Shown here piece by piece: positions 1 to 10,800 of a stretch of 64,000 bases of DNA (positions within the stretch are counted from its first letter, which is position 1; each line of letters opens with the position of its first letter). The position numbers and the translations under genes were made by a program. The notes under the pieces were generated by a model, which had not been told where the DNA came from, ran no database searches, and worked only from the letters and a program-made list of their open reading frames with translations. The stretch is taken from the IMG/VR virus record IMGVR_UViG_3300028840_003168; one strand, given 5' to 3'. The DNA is from a virus.

Positions 1-1
1 G

Positions 2-610
2 TCTTTCAGGTCCACGAAGAGGATCACCAAGAAGGATACCCAGGGCGGTAGTGTTTTTGTTCATTGGACGAATCGTCTGGGTCGGAACAACGACATTCTT
101 CAGATCGAGTTCACAGGTCAGACCGGAAACCTGAATCTGAGACGCGGTGGTTACAAGAAGGGCAATCCTATAAACGAGTTGGCCGGTAGGATCTACAAGG
201 GGGTGGATTGGTTGAAGGAGAAACAGGCCGAGGCGGAAGCCGGTGGTTTGGCAGTCGGTATCGAGCAGGCTGGTTCTGCTAAGAAGATGGCCGGTGCGTA
301 CAAGCTGGCCAATTTTCACAATCTGCATTCGTTGACCAGAGAGCCTGTGAGAGACCCTTTGAGTGGGGCGCCTGTGTACTACTATATTGTGTACAGCTCT
401 CCTTTGTTCGGGAATACGATGGTGACTTTCATCGGCCACTTTGACCGGCCACTTGAGTTCACGGATTCCGCGGACCCTTCGCCGTTCAATGCTCAGTACT
501 CTTTCGGGTTCACTGCTCAGAATTCATATCCCAGTTTTGATCTGCTGTATCCGGTTATTCTGGCAAATTTAGGGCGCGAGTTTATGAATGACTTGGAGGA
601 TGATCGATGA
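2..610 (+). CDS. 5'-truncated tail/baseplate-region protein
   Basis: The frame of ORF 179..610 is open back to nt 2 (SFRSTKRITKKDTQGGSVFVHW...). Its stop overlaps the hub gene start (ATGA). Function inferred from position only. Confidence 0.5.
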   Translation, partial: SFRSTKRITKKDTQGGSVFVHWTNRLGRNNDILQIEFTGQTGNLNLRRGGYKKGNPINELAGRIYKGVDWLKEKQAEAEAGGLAVGIEQAGSAKKMAGAYKLANFHNLHSLTREPVRDPLSGAPVYYYIVYSSPLFGNTMVTFIGHFDRPLEFTDSADPSPFNAQYSFGFTAQNSYPSFDLLYPVILANLGREFMNDLEDDR

Positions 611-3162
611 CGGAGAGGAGTCCACTCGGTTCCCAGTACCTCGAAGAAGATGTACTTTCTAGTGGTACTATTTACCGGCCAGCTTTCCCGGCATACCGTG
701 TGTTCATTTACGGCCAGGAAGTGACGGACGATGTTACGGCAGTTCGGGTGAATCAGTCTGGCGGTAGTGCTGAGAGGACCGCAGGTTCGTGTACGATTAC
801 GATGAACAACCATGATGACCGTTATGTCATCACGCATGAGGATATGTATGAGATTGGTAAGATTGCCAGGGCGTTGAATCCGAATCAGGACGGGGAGCTG
901 CTTGCCGATGAGTATGATTCTTTGAACGAGTTTCAGTATCTAAATAAGGACATGTTCGCAACACTCGCGTCTGATCCTGCGCTGGGTATTCCGGGCACTG
1001 GAGTTTACTCCGAGGATGAGGAGCTGTTGAAAAGGTTGCGGGACTACAAAGAGGAGCAGCATACCAAGTTTGCTTTTGCTTATGATGCTCAGACTCCATG
1101 GAACGAGATTAAAAAAGCGGTTTTAGCGGACAAGCTTTCTTATGTTAGTAAAGTCAACAAAACCAGAGATGAGAGTGTTCTGAACCAGCAGGAGCAGCGG
1201 GATATCCACGATTACCAGTACCAGGAAGGTGCCTGTATCTTTCACTCGAACGATCCTGTCAGGGTTGCTTTTAGAGATCCTTATGATTCCAGAATTTGGT
1301 ACTGGATGTTTGCCGGGTTTGTGGATAGTTGTACCGAAGACGAGGATGTCAACAGGGATTCAAATATCACTATAACCTGTACCGATGTATCCAAGATGGC
1401 GCGATACGCACTCATACAGCTAAGTACGGGTTTCATGGACCCGAATCTTGCCGATTCGGTTAGGCAGTCCCTTGCCAATGTGGCGTCTACCGGATACGTT
1501 CCGTTTCAATCAATTTTTCAGGGTTTTGATATTTTTGAGGTGCTTGAGACCATATTTTTTGGTTCAGCGTCCACTCGCAAGGCCATTACTGAGACCAATT
1601 TGGCGCAGATTTCCTCGATGAATCTGGAGGATATGCGGAATTATATGATTGAGGTAATGGACAAGACCGAGGCTGAAGTTGATGCAGTGATGGAGACGGA
1701 CTCTTCTTTGAACTTTGAGTTGTTCCCGACTCTTACGGATGCCTCGTACAAGACAGTTACAACTATGATTCAGGAGTTCAAGCAGGCCTCGAAACAAGTT
1801 GTTCTGGATCGGGTTGACCAATTGGGACTCCCTGCGGTTACCAGTCCGCGGAATGTTGCGTTCAAGCGCAAGGATCAGAAGATTGGTCTGCATTATTATT
1901 ATTTCCAGTATGACGATGTTGAGGCTGAATCTCGTGAGAAAATTAGAGGAGAGGGTATTCGTGATCTGAATCAGTGGAATGAGATACTGCATCATCGGGT
2001 AAAGCAAGATGACCTAGACACGATGCTTGCTCTTTATGGGGATATCGCAGAGGACGTGCTTGAACAGATCAAGACGAGCCCTGCGCTTGTGAAAACGGAC
2101 AGCATAATTACCATGATCGGAACGGATATCATGAACTTTCCGGTCGGTGGTGGGCGCGTGTTTTTCCTTACCCCAGCGACATTGAACACTAATTTGGGGG
2201 ATGTATTCGAGCGTGGTTTTGGTGATCTTAGTTCGATGCACAGCCATTTCAAAGATAGGCTGACCTACATCTACGACATGGCAGAGCGCCTGGATTTCAG
2301 GTTTTACGCTACGCCTAGAGGTGACCTTGTGTTTGAGATGCCGTTTTATGATTTCAATCCTCGTGACTTTACTGGGGAGAAGTACGGGATCGCACCACAT
2401 AGCGACGTAGACCAGACAACCCTTCCCGCATACAACGATTTGTTCAACAAAGCGTATGACGGAGCCTACGATGTTGAGGAGGTCAAGAAGTTAACCAGTG
2501 TGGTTTTTGAGACTGCTGTGAAGGACGCGGATCTCATGATCAGAGACTGGGACCAGGAAGCTGAGTTTGATTGGGGGCGTGCTTTCACTATTGAAGAACA
2601 CGAGCAGCTTGGCTTCAGCAACACGTCTACCGACGAGGGGGTCGTGACTGTCTATCGGGCCAAGGGTAATTTCTTCAAGAATTTGCCCAATCCGTTCGAG
2701 CCCAAATTCCAAATTGTAACTGCTCCTGAGCTTATACCTACTTTGGGCGGTCGTCCCTATGATGGAGGGACTGCCGGGTTTTTGGAGGGGGACGCCGCGG
2801 CTGAAGTTTTTGCTGCGGTACAGCTTAATCGGTTGAACGCCGAAGCCAGAAACATAGGTGTCCCTATTGTGGCTAATTTCGGGCTTATGACTAATCGTCC
2901 TCTCTTTTGGAGGGCGAAGAACTACAATGCCAATATAGTGAGTATGCAGCACAGCATTGTGTGGAACTCCAGTCTGGACACGACCGTGAATTTGAACCAA
3001 GTGCGTGGGTGGTCCGGTGAATATGATAGTGATGGCCAGCCGGTGTACAAACATTTTGGCGGTGATCGGGCTTTTAATTTAGCTAATATTTTGAAGACAG
3101 AAAAGGGTGAGGGGCAGAAATACCGAAAAGAACCCGGTAAAGAACAGGCTCCGAAGAGATAA
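607..3162 (+). CDS. Baseplate hub-like tail protein
   Basis: 851 aa. N-terminal beta-strand pattern (YRVFIYGQEVTDDVTAVRV, CTITMNN, WMFAGFVDS, ITITCTD) and RFYATPRGDLVF are typical of gp27/Mu gp44-like hubs. Lies upstream of spike, gp25 and J genes. Confidence 0.6.
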   Translation: MTERSPLGSQYLEEDVLSSGTIYRPAFPAYRVFIYGQEVTDDVTAVRVNQSGGSAERTAGSCTITMNNHDDRYVITHEDMYEIGKIARALNPNQDGELLADEYDSLNEFQYLNKDMFATLASDPALGIPGTGVYSEDEELLKRLRDYKEEQHTKFAFAYDAQTPWNEIKKAVLADKLSYVSKVNKTRDESVLNQQEQRDIHDYQYQEGACIFHSNDPVRVAFRDPYDSRIWYWMFAGFVDSCTEDEDVNRDSNITITCTDVSKMARYALIQLSTGFMDPNLADSVRQSLANVASTGYVPFQSIFQGFDIFEVLETIFFGSASTRKAITETNLAQISSMNLEDMRNYMIEVMDKTEAEVDAVMETDSSLNFELFPTLTDASYKTVTTMIQEFKQASKQVVLDRVDQLGLPAVTSPRNVAFKRKDQKIGLHYYYFQYDDVEAESREKIRGEGIRDLNQWNEILHHRVKQDDLDTMLALYGDIAEDVLEQIKTSPALVKTDSIITMIGTDIMNFPVGGGRVFFLTPATLNTNLGDVFERGFGDLSSMHSHFKDRLTYIYDMAERLDFRFYATPRGDLVFEMPFYDFNPRDFTGEKYGIAPHSDVDQTTLPAYNDLFNKAYDGAYDVEEVKKLTSVVFETAVKDADLMIRDWDQEAEFDWGRAFTIEEHEQLGFSNTSTDEGVVTVYRAKGNFFKNLPNPFEPKFQIVTAPELIPTLGGRPYDGGTAGFLEGDAAAEVFAAVQLNRLNAEARNIGVPIVANFGLMTNRPLFWRAKNYNANIVSMQHSIVWNSSLDTTVNLNQVRGWSGEYDSDGQPVYKHFGGDRAFNLANILKTEKGEGQKYRKEPGKEQAPKR

Positions 3163-3164
3163 CT

Positions 3165-4460
3165 ATGGGTGGTCGTATTATAAAAGCCAATGCAAACTCC
3201 TTCAACGAAAGGCAGGAGAAGGAGGATGATTTCCTCAACCGCGTCCATCGTGCGGTGGTGACGGATGTTTTTGTTAATGAAGGTACGGCGAATGTTCTTT
3301 TCGAGCGTTTGCCTTACAACAGGAAAGTTACCTGGCCGCTGGTGGGTCTTTCAGTCCCTTCTTCTGCTGTAGGTTCTGATGTTAGCGCCACCCAATCTTC
3401 CTGGGGCCGCTACGTTCCTCAGAAGGGCGATATTATGCTTATCGCTTTCGGGAATGACGGGATCGCCTACGCCATTGGCTATCACGATATTGCTTATGGG
3501 AAGATGGATCAGCTGGACGAGGAGTATGAGTCTCGTGGAGGTATTGGCTGGGGTGATTCTTCCGGGCGCCCTACACTTAAACCCGGTGATTGGGATTTTA
3601 AGTCTTCCAGGAACTCGAAACTATATTTGGGCGCCCTTGCGAAGCTGTCCAGCGGCCCTCACAGCGTTGTTCTGGACAAACCCAATGGAAACATCACGAT
3701 TGCCTCTACCCTCCTTCACGGACGCTACGGGGAGGCCTCAGAGCTGCGGAGAGGTGGTGCTCGACGCAGGAAGCTGGCTTCTGATACCAGCGAGACCGAG
3801 ATTTACAGTGCCCGTGGTCCCACGAGTGTGGCTCAAGAGGTCAATGATTCTGTTAAGTTTGGAACAGGTATTCCAGGTGGAACGGAGATAGCTCGGGAGG
3901 CCCTTGGAGATGTGATTGATGAAGCCTTAGTTATGCCCATGCAGGGAGAAGCCGGTCAGTACGTCAGGAAGCTCCTCCAGCTCAAGGATCTGGCCGGAGC
4001 CTTGGATGTGTACCTAGAGAAGATAGACACGGCTGGGAACGCCGTGACAGAGGCTCAGACGGCAACCTTATTTTCCTGGGACACTCCTTTAGCGGCCTGG
4101 GAGGTGTCGAACCTCAGTACCAAGATTGAGTCCTCCACCTCCTGGGAGGTGTCCGCAGCCACTGTGAGCCTGTCGGCTACCGGTACAATGGACTTGGAAG
4201 CTACCGGGAATCTCTCTCTTTCGTCTGATGTCCAGGCCACACTGGATGCGGTGTTGGTGAAGTTGGGAGAGGCTGCCGCAGAACCTGTGGTGAAGGGTCA
4301 GACTTTTCTAGCTGCTTTACAGGTACTTCTTACTCAGATGTTGCTTGACTGGACTCTTTTGGCAGGCAGCATTGGTATTGGTACCAACTCGATGGCTGCA
4401 ATACCTGTTTTTCTCGGTCAGCTTGAAACTTTCAAGTCGGTGAAGGTGAAAACGGAATGA
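3165..4460 (+). CDS. Baseplate central spike (gpV/gp5-like OB fold)
   Basis: HRAVVTDV...ANVLF...YVPQKGDIMLIAF OB-fold motif, beta-repeat C-terminal part, and VKLGEAAAEPVVKG...SVKVKTE tail. Confidence 0.6.
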   Translation: MGGRIIKANANSFNERQEKEDDFLNRVHRAVVTDVFVNEGTANVLFERLPYNRKVTWPLVGLSVPSSAVGSDVSATQSSWGRYVPQKGDIMLIAFGNDGIAYAIGYHDIAYGKMDQLDEEYESRGGIGWGDSSGRPTLKPGDWDFKSSRNSKLYLGALAKLSSGPHSVVLDKPNGNITIASTLLHGRYGEASELRRGGARRRKLASDTSETEIYSARGPTSVAQEVNDSVKFGTGIPGGTEIAREALGDVIDEALVMPMQGEAGQYVRKLLQLKDLAGALDVYLEKIDTAGNAVTEAQTATLFSWDTPLAAWEVSNLSTKIESSTSWEVSAATVSLSATGTMDLEATGNLSLSSDVQATLDAVLVKLGEAAAEPVVKGQTFLAALQVLLTQMLLDWTLLAGSIGIGTNSMAAIPVFLGQLETFKSVKVKTE

Positions 4461-4510
4461 ACTTTAGAGGACACAGAGAGTGCATGGTATCCTGTGGCAG
4501 GAGGTTTTAG

Positions 4511-5008
4511 GTGGCGACACCGACAAATATTCTGGCGACCTGTACGCTTAGGTGGATTTACGAGCAGGCTTCTGCCGTTCTGAAGCTCTTGAAGGCGTTC
4601 ATCCTGGCTTTTATTGCCTATATCGATTTGCAGATCGCTTTTCTCCGGGCACAGGCTGCTCAATGGGATTTGTTATCTAAGGCAGAGCAGGTTGCTTGGG
4701 AGCAGTTTGAGGAGATTCTGAATACCATCAAGGACGAGATGCAGGCGCTTCCTCAAGGCCCGTTGCCTGAGATTTGTCCAGAGTTTTACAGAGAACTTGT
4801 GGAACCAACCAAAGAGCTTTATGAGGCAACTATTACAGGCCTCACGTATTTTAGAGAAAGCAACAAGGACATGCTGTCCTATATGGATGAGCTGGAGCAG
4901 GCGATTGCTTACTGGGAGGCTACCAAGGCTTTGATGGTGGCTACACTCACTGTAATAGATGACGCCTTGTACGCAGCCTTGATGCGCGAAGCGGAGGATG
5001 TTCCGTAA
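4511..5008 (+). CDS. Hypothetical helical protein in baseplate operon
   Basis: 165 aa, AGGAGG RBS upstream, stop overlaps the next start (TAATG). Confidence 0.5.
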   Translation: MATPTNILATCTLRWIYEQASAVLKLLKAFILAFIAYIDLQIAFLRAQAAQWDLLSKAEQVAWEQFEEILNTIKDEMQALPQGPLPEICPEFYRELVEPTKELYEATITGLTYFRESNKDMLSYMDELEQAIAYWEATKALMVATLTVIDDALYAALMREAEDVP

Positions 5009-5448
5009 TGGCATGGACCCACAAAATAGAGAACGGGGATCTGGTCAGGAATCGGGCGACGGGACAGTATGCCCGGTTGGAGGGCAAGGCCAAAGTAGAG
5101 CAAGACGTGGTCAACACCATGTCCACAAATGTGCGTAGATCGACCGGTCTGGGAGCCGGTCTTGATGAGGCGGTGGGCGAGGACCAGAAAGACCCGGTTT
5201 CCGCGTATTCGTTTGTTCCACTTTTATTCGATTTCCAGACCCTGGTAAGTAGCGGAATGGAACGGTTGCGGAGGGCTCAAAGGGCCAAACAGTTCAGTCA
5301 GCGGACGGCTACTGAGCTTATTTACGATTTTTCACCTGTTCAGCTTTGGCCTGATTTGGAGGATACTCGGAATGTCAGGTGGAAGATCAATGTGAACACG
5401 GTTGACGGACGGGCCAGCTTCACTAAAAGCGGAACGTTTAGGAGTTAG
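5008..5448 (+). CDS. Baseplate gp25/gpW-like wedge protein
   Basis: 146 aa with KIENGDLV...LEGKAKVEQD pattern, immediately upstream of the baseplate J gene. Confidence 0.6.
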   Translation: MAWTHKIENGDLVRNRATGQYARLEGKAKVEQDVVNTMSTNVRRSTGLGAGLDEAVGEDQKDPVSAYSFVPLLFDFQTLVSSGMERLRRAQRAKQFSQRTATELIYDFSPVQLWPDLEDTRNVRWKINVNTVDGRASFTKSGTFRS

Positions 5449-5451
5449 AAA

Positions 5452-6876
5452 ATGGTTATCAGCAAAGTTACTGCGACCGAGTATTCCACTATGATAGCTT
5501 CCGGGGTGAACCTGCGGGACAAGACGCTCGACACAAATATTGCGGCACACAGGGATATTTTTATTGATCCTGTTGCTGAGGTGTTCGAGGCTCAGAATGA
5601 TCGTATTGTCTATCTTAGTAATCTCACGAGTTTGAGGAATGTGGAAAAGGTAGTACCTGATGATCTTGATAGCATCGCTTTTAACGAAGCGATGGTTCGC
5701 TGGGACGGTTCAAGTTCATTGGCGACCGTTACTTTTTCCAGGGTTCAGATCCCAACTTTCGATATCACGGTACCCGCCAATTTCCCTATTGCTACGTTGG
5801 TTGATCCCGCTACAGGAGTGTCGGTCACTTTCAGAACGGTAGAGACACGCACGTTGTTCTTTGCTTCCCCGGATGCTTATTACAACGCGGAGACGCAGAA
5901 GTACGAGCTTAATGTACTTGTCGCTTCGGTATCCAGCGGCACCGAGACTGAAGTGGGTGCGTACACTATTACTAATCCCCTTCGAGCCCTTTCAGGGTTT
6001 GACGAGGTGGCCAATAAAGCTGCCACTACCTCCGGTCGTGGAACCGAGACTAATGTGGAGCTGTCCAAAAGATATCTTCTCCAGGTGGAGGGGAACAACT
6101 TGGGAACCCCGGCTGGTGCAAAGAAATGGGTTCTGGATAATTTCAGCAGTGCCGAAGATGTGTATGTGGTTTATGGAGAAGATGAGAACCTTACCAGAGA
6201 CCAGACGGATGCTGGCGCTGTGGATATGTGGATTCTTGGTGAGTCTCCGGTAGAACTGACATATACTACAACCTATCCTGGGGTTGAGCAGCTAATAGCC
6301 ACTACCAGGCAGCCTTTAATATCGGTTTCACAGGTATCCACTTCAGGCGGTATCATTTTTGTGGAGGGCACCGATTATGAGGTTGTTACAGGAGAGGGCG
6401 AGTACTCTTACAGCGCACGAGGATCAGATGGTATAAAGTTTCTGGCAGGTGGGAGCGCACCCGCGGCTCTCCAGGACCCCGTGTACATAGTCTATTCCTA
6501 CAACTCACTCATTACCACCCTGGACTCTTTTTTCACGCAACCTGAGTTCTACAGTATGGGTATGGACAAGCTGTTTCGTTGGGCGCAGGCGCAGCAGATC
6601 ACCATTGAAGCCAATCTCAAAGTGAGTGCTGGTAACCCGGACACGGTGAAGGCGAATGTCAGAACCGCCATCTTAACGTATATAAACGGGTTGAAGCTGG
6701 GAGAAAATGTTGAGGAGTTCGATATAGATCGAGAGGTAGGAAAAATTATCGGTGTGGACAACTTTGTGTATGTGACACTAGCGTACCTGGGAGGGACCGG
6801 CGTGAACGATTTACCGATAACTCCGAACATGTATGCACGTTTGAACGAGGCTGATATTGTGGTGAATCTGGTGTAA
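5452..6876 (+). CDS. Baseplate J-like protein
   Basis: DDLDSIAFN, ATVTFSR, VANKAATTSGRGTETNVELSKR, AGAVDMWI and YINGLKLGE motifs of the Baseplate_J family. Confidence 0.85.
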   Translation: MVISKVTATEYSTMIASGVNLRDKTLDTNIAAHRDIFIDPVAEVFEAQNDRIVYLSNLTSLRNVEKVVPDDLDSIAFNEAMVRWDGSSSLATVTFSRVQIPTFDITVPANFPIATLVDPATGVSVTFRTVETRTLFFASPDAYYNAETQKYELNVLVASVSSGTETEVGAYTITNPLRALSGFDEVANKAATTSGRGTETNVELSKRYLLQVEGNNLGTPAGAKKWVLDNFSSAEDVYVVYGEDENLTRDQTDAGAVDMWILGESPVELTYTTTYPGVEQLIATTRQPLISVSQVSTSGGIIFVEGTDYEVVTGEGEYSYSARGSDGIKFLAGGSAPAALQDPVYIVYSYNSLITTLDSFFTQPEFYSMGMDKLFRWAQAQQITIEANLKVSAGNPDTVKANVRTAILTYINGLKLGENVEEFDIDREVGKIIGVDNFVYVTLAYLGGTGVNDLPITPNMYARLNEADIVVNLV

Positions 6877-6878
6877 TC

Positions 6879-7868
6879 ATGGCTTTATACAGCACCTTTA
6901 AATACGGGTCGGGGGTCTATTATGGGGTGTCCTCGCATCTTGACGCTATAAGCCCGGATACCGGGCCTTCCACTGGCGGGAATGCTTTTATCATTACCGG
7001 GGCCAATTTAGACCCGCAACAATGGGATGACGATTTTTTGGCTGGTAGCCTGGATTTGGCTAAATGGACTGACATTTCTTCAGGCAGTGGTTCTGTGTCT
7101 ACAGGAGCTGATCATCTTCAGATGGATACCGGGGCGACTCCAGGTTCGGTTGCGGGGATTGAGTCGGTGGCGGGGTGGACTGGTATCCAGGCAGAGGTAC
7201 GAGCTTTTATTCCTGCGGTTACGGAATATCCTGATAGTTCGGCAGATGTGTTTGTGTACCAGCTCAGAATTGATGCAAATAATCATACGGTATTAAAGGT
7301 TACTCGTGGGAATGCCGGTGTTCTTACACTGACCTGCGAATCTACTATTGTCAGCACGGTGGTAGACACTTTCAGCACAACCTGGACTCCGGGTCTCTCC
7401 ACTTTCAAGATTCTTCGTTATGGCGCGATTCTGTACTTCATAGCCAATGGAATTGTAATTCATACTTTTCGTGGATTTTCCGTGCTTCCCGTGTTTGTCA
7501 GGTTGTGGGCCGCGAATGATCCTGCGGTAGCCTATACGGCGTCTCCAACGGTGGAGTTATTCAAGTACCGTACTTTTGTGGTGTTCGGTGATCAGCCAGT
7601 TCATGATGTGACTACCGTGTCCGATTATCGGATACGTGGTTTGGTTGTTCCCAGTGTGGACGAGAGGGGTGTTGAGGCCGCTTATGCCGGTCCTGTGGAT
7701 CTTGCTATAGTGGGTGAGGGCGTTTTGAATGTTCCTGATGCTTATGAGTACTATTATTTAGATAGTCTCAGAGTGATAAACAGCACTCAGTCGGATGTGA
7801 AAATGTCTTTTATCAGCGATGACCAGATAAAGACCAAGACAGATATTAAGAAAGGTGTGGGTCTGTAA
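6879..7868 (+). CDS. Virion structural protein with IPT/TIG-like start and beta-sandwich domain
   Basis: ISPDTGPSTGGNAFIITGANL is an IPT/TIG signature. N-terminal YSTFKYGSGVYYG. Lies in the baseplate operon. Confidence 0.55.
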   Translation: MALYSTFKYGSGVYYGVSSHLDAISPDTGPSTGGNAFIITGANLDPQQWDDDFLAGSLDLAKWTDISSGSGSVSTGADHLQMDTGATPGSVAGIESVAGWTGIQAEVRAFIPAVTEYPDSSADVFVYQLRIDANNHTVLKVTRGNAGVLTLTCESTIVSTVVDTFSTTWTPGLSTFKILRYGAILYFIANGIVIHTFRGFSVLPVFVRLWAANDPAVAYTASPTVELFKYRTFVVFGDQPVHDVTTVSDYRIRGLVVPSVDERGVEAAYAGPVDLAIVGEGVLNVPDAYEYYYLDSLRVINSTQSDVKMSFISDDQIKTKTDIKKGVGL

Positions 7869-10800
7869 TGGCATTTGAAGACGTATATCGGTACAACGAG
7901 CTGATTGATGGGGTTATCGGCGGTGATTTTTACAAGTCCCTCGGGATGGTCATACCTTACAGATCAGGGAACACTGAAATACGTCTTGAGACGAGTTCTC
8001 CTAATACGGAATTCGGTTTGTACTTGAACGAGGCCTTTTCTGGTACAGTCAGGTCTGATGCTCAGGGTAATGTGGTATTCAGTCGGCATTTCGATTTTGG
8101 TGAGTATGAAATTGCGTTGTTGAACAATGTTACGGGGCGCAGGCTCCCTTCCTGGGTCACTGTTCGGGATTACGCCATCTGGCTGGTTTCCTATGCAGAA
8201 GTCTTTGAATCCATCGATGACAATATTCAGGAAGCTCAGGATGACCTTTCGATAGAGACCTCTACGCTCAACGGTATCGAGGATCATTTTGGAAAGGCCA
8301 TTGAGACCTACAATAATTTGGGTCAGGGCCTGGATGCCTACCGGAACATGATTCACGAGCTGCGTCTGGGTTATCGGAATTTCGGGGCGAGGTTCCGCGG
8401 ACTTGAAACTGCGGTGGCCGCATTCACCCAGGTGCCTCCTTTCGGGTACACGCGGAGGATGTGGGGTCCGAACTGGTGGCTTAACCACTCAATGTCGAAT
8501 AATTTCAGATTTTTGAAACGGTCGCATGCCATCTCATTTGCAGGTGCCGGTATCCCAGGTGTGCAGCTCGTGGAAGCGGAACCTGATGCTGAATCGTGGT
8601 ATTTTTACACGTTGGACTATGATGCGGGTACGAACGAACTGACTTGGAATGTTGCAGGTACGCCTGGGCCAGCGGTTCCCGCAGCTGACGGTGTTTTATT
8701 TATACCTGGGCCTCCATCTCTCATGATAGCTCATATATTGGGTTTTGCTGGACCTTTTGCGATAACTGCAAGTGTAAATGACAGGCTTTACCTGAATGTC
8801 GATGATCTAGGTTCTATTGAGATATCGTTGACAACTGGTGGTGCTGTTCTTCTGGCTACGATAATAACAGACATAAACAACGCTTTGGTTGCTGATCCCC
8901 GTTACGGTGCCGGGTACGCAGCTTTTGCATCATCTTATAATTCCAAACTCTTATTGGAGTCTCCTCTTCCTGCTGCTGGTACGTCTGTAGTGCTTGAGCA
9001 TGGTTCTCGCAACGCGGCTCCAGAGTTGTTTGGAATCAGGCCGAGAGATTTGGTTTATCATCGACCAGTTGCTGATGGTATCTATATAAAAAATATCGAA
9101 GGTGTTCCTGACCTGACTGGGAATGCTGAGATTGAATATGAGTATGACGGTAGTGTAGATCCTGTGACCAGAAGGCTTCGTTTCAGATCGAACGGTGCGG
9201 CATGGAGTGGTTGGCTCTCTATTACAGATCCTGGAGACTACTCTTTGACGGACGGAAATTCTGTCATTTTGACAGTGGGCTGTTTACTTGATTTGATGGA
9301 GGTTCTCTCATCTCCTTGGCCTGCGACCACGGTTTATTCATTTTCGATAGGTTATGGGCGCGTTCATAGGAACGTAGGCTATCAACAAGGACTTCGGGTT
9401 GTTTGTGATGCGGCCAGTCTTCCGAGCATAAATACTTCTGATACTGTTAACATTGTGGACGATGTTACTGCTGGACATCTTCTACACCCAGATGGCTGGT
9501 GGCTCGAAAATCCTGTAGGGGCTTTGGTTACCGCTATTAGTGCTAGTCCGAGTGTAATCACAGACAAGGCCGATCCCTTTGACCATGCTCCAGCTTTTAT
9601 GTGGTTGATTGCAGAATTTGGTACTGAGACTCAATTAGAGATTAGGTCTCATGTTCTGAAACATCCTATGCCGCGTCCAGGCCCCCGCGGTTCCAACTAT
9701 CCACAACGAAGTTCTGGTATGTTTTATGACTATGAAGGTTTTGAAGCTAAACTTTCTGGTTGGTTTTTGAGTAGTTTTGCAGGCGCAGCCACGGTTACTC
9801 CTGGATTTTCTTTTGATGGGGGTTCCACTTGGGTTGACGGTGCTCCTGTTGCAGTACCTGAAGACGCAGGTGCTCAACACTATGAGGAATTTGGGTACGC
9901 TGAGTTTGAGACCGTAATACCTCCTGGTGTTACTGATAATGGTATTCTGGCCAGGTTTGTTTTTGACAAAGCTTCCGGTGGCATGGCTTTCACTGTTGAT
10001 GGGGTGAATGTCGGTGTGAATCTCATTTCGTCTACCTATCTGGGAAATGTCACTACTCCCAGGAGTAGGCACAGACAGAATTTTGGTGAGCTTGTGTGGC
10101 TCTGGGCACCTACTCCGTTGACCTTGACCGAGAAGGAGTATCTGGGGCTGCGGCATAAGAGGCCTTCGCTCAGGACTCCCGTGGCTGGGGTGGAGATTAC
10201 CGTTGTTTCTGGTGACACTCCAGCGGGTGTAGGGCGGCTTGAATATGAGTACAATCGGGTGGGCGATACGCGCAGGTTGCGTTGGATGTCTTATCAAAGC
10301 TCATTCGGTGCCTGGGTATCGATTCTCAGTGATGGTTCGTACACGCTTTTGTCGGCTGATGGGTCCAGTATCACCGTGTACGCTACAAGGGCGCTCTTAC
10401 CGATTCTGACGGGCTCCCCTCCTGCGGTGACTACCTACAGGGATGTGACGATTACGGACCAGACAGTGAACCAGGGGCACGTCAGACGCATTTCAGCGGC
10501 ACAGTCCTCGATAGATGTTCTGGATGTGACTGAATACGATGTCAGCGGAGAGCCTACAAATCTGTACGGGGCCTTGACCGAGGCTGATTTCAGCGCAGCT
10601 GGATTGGTGAATTCAGATATTGAGCCAGCAGATCCGTTCAAAGAGTCTTTCGTGTTTCCTGAGTTTCCTCCACAGGAGGGTGAGATTCTGTCCTTTTCTC
10701 CTTCTGGGCCGAACTGGGTGGCTACGTTGGATTACTATTCGGATGAGGACCAGACCAACACCCTTCTGTACGAGGATGGTTTGTTGGTTCCGAATGACTT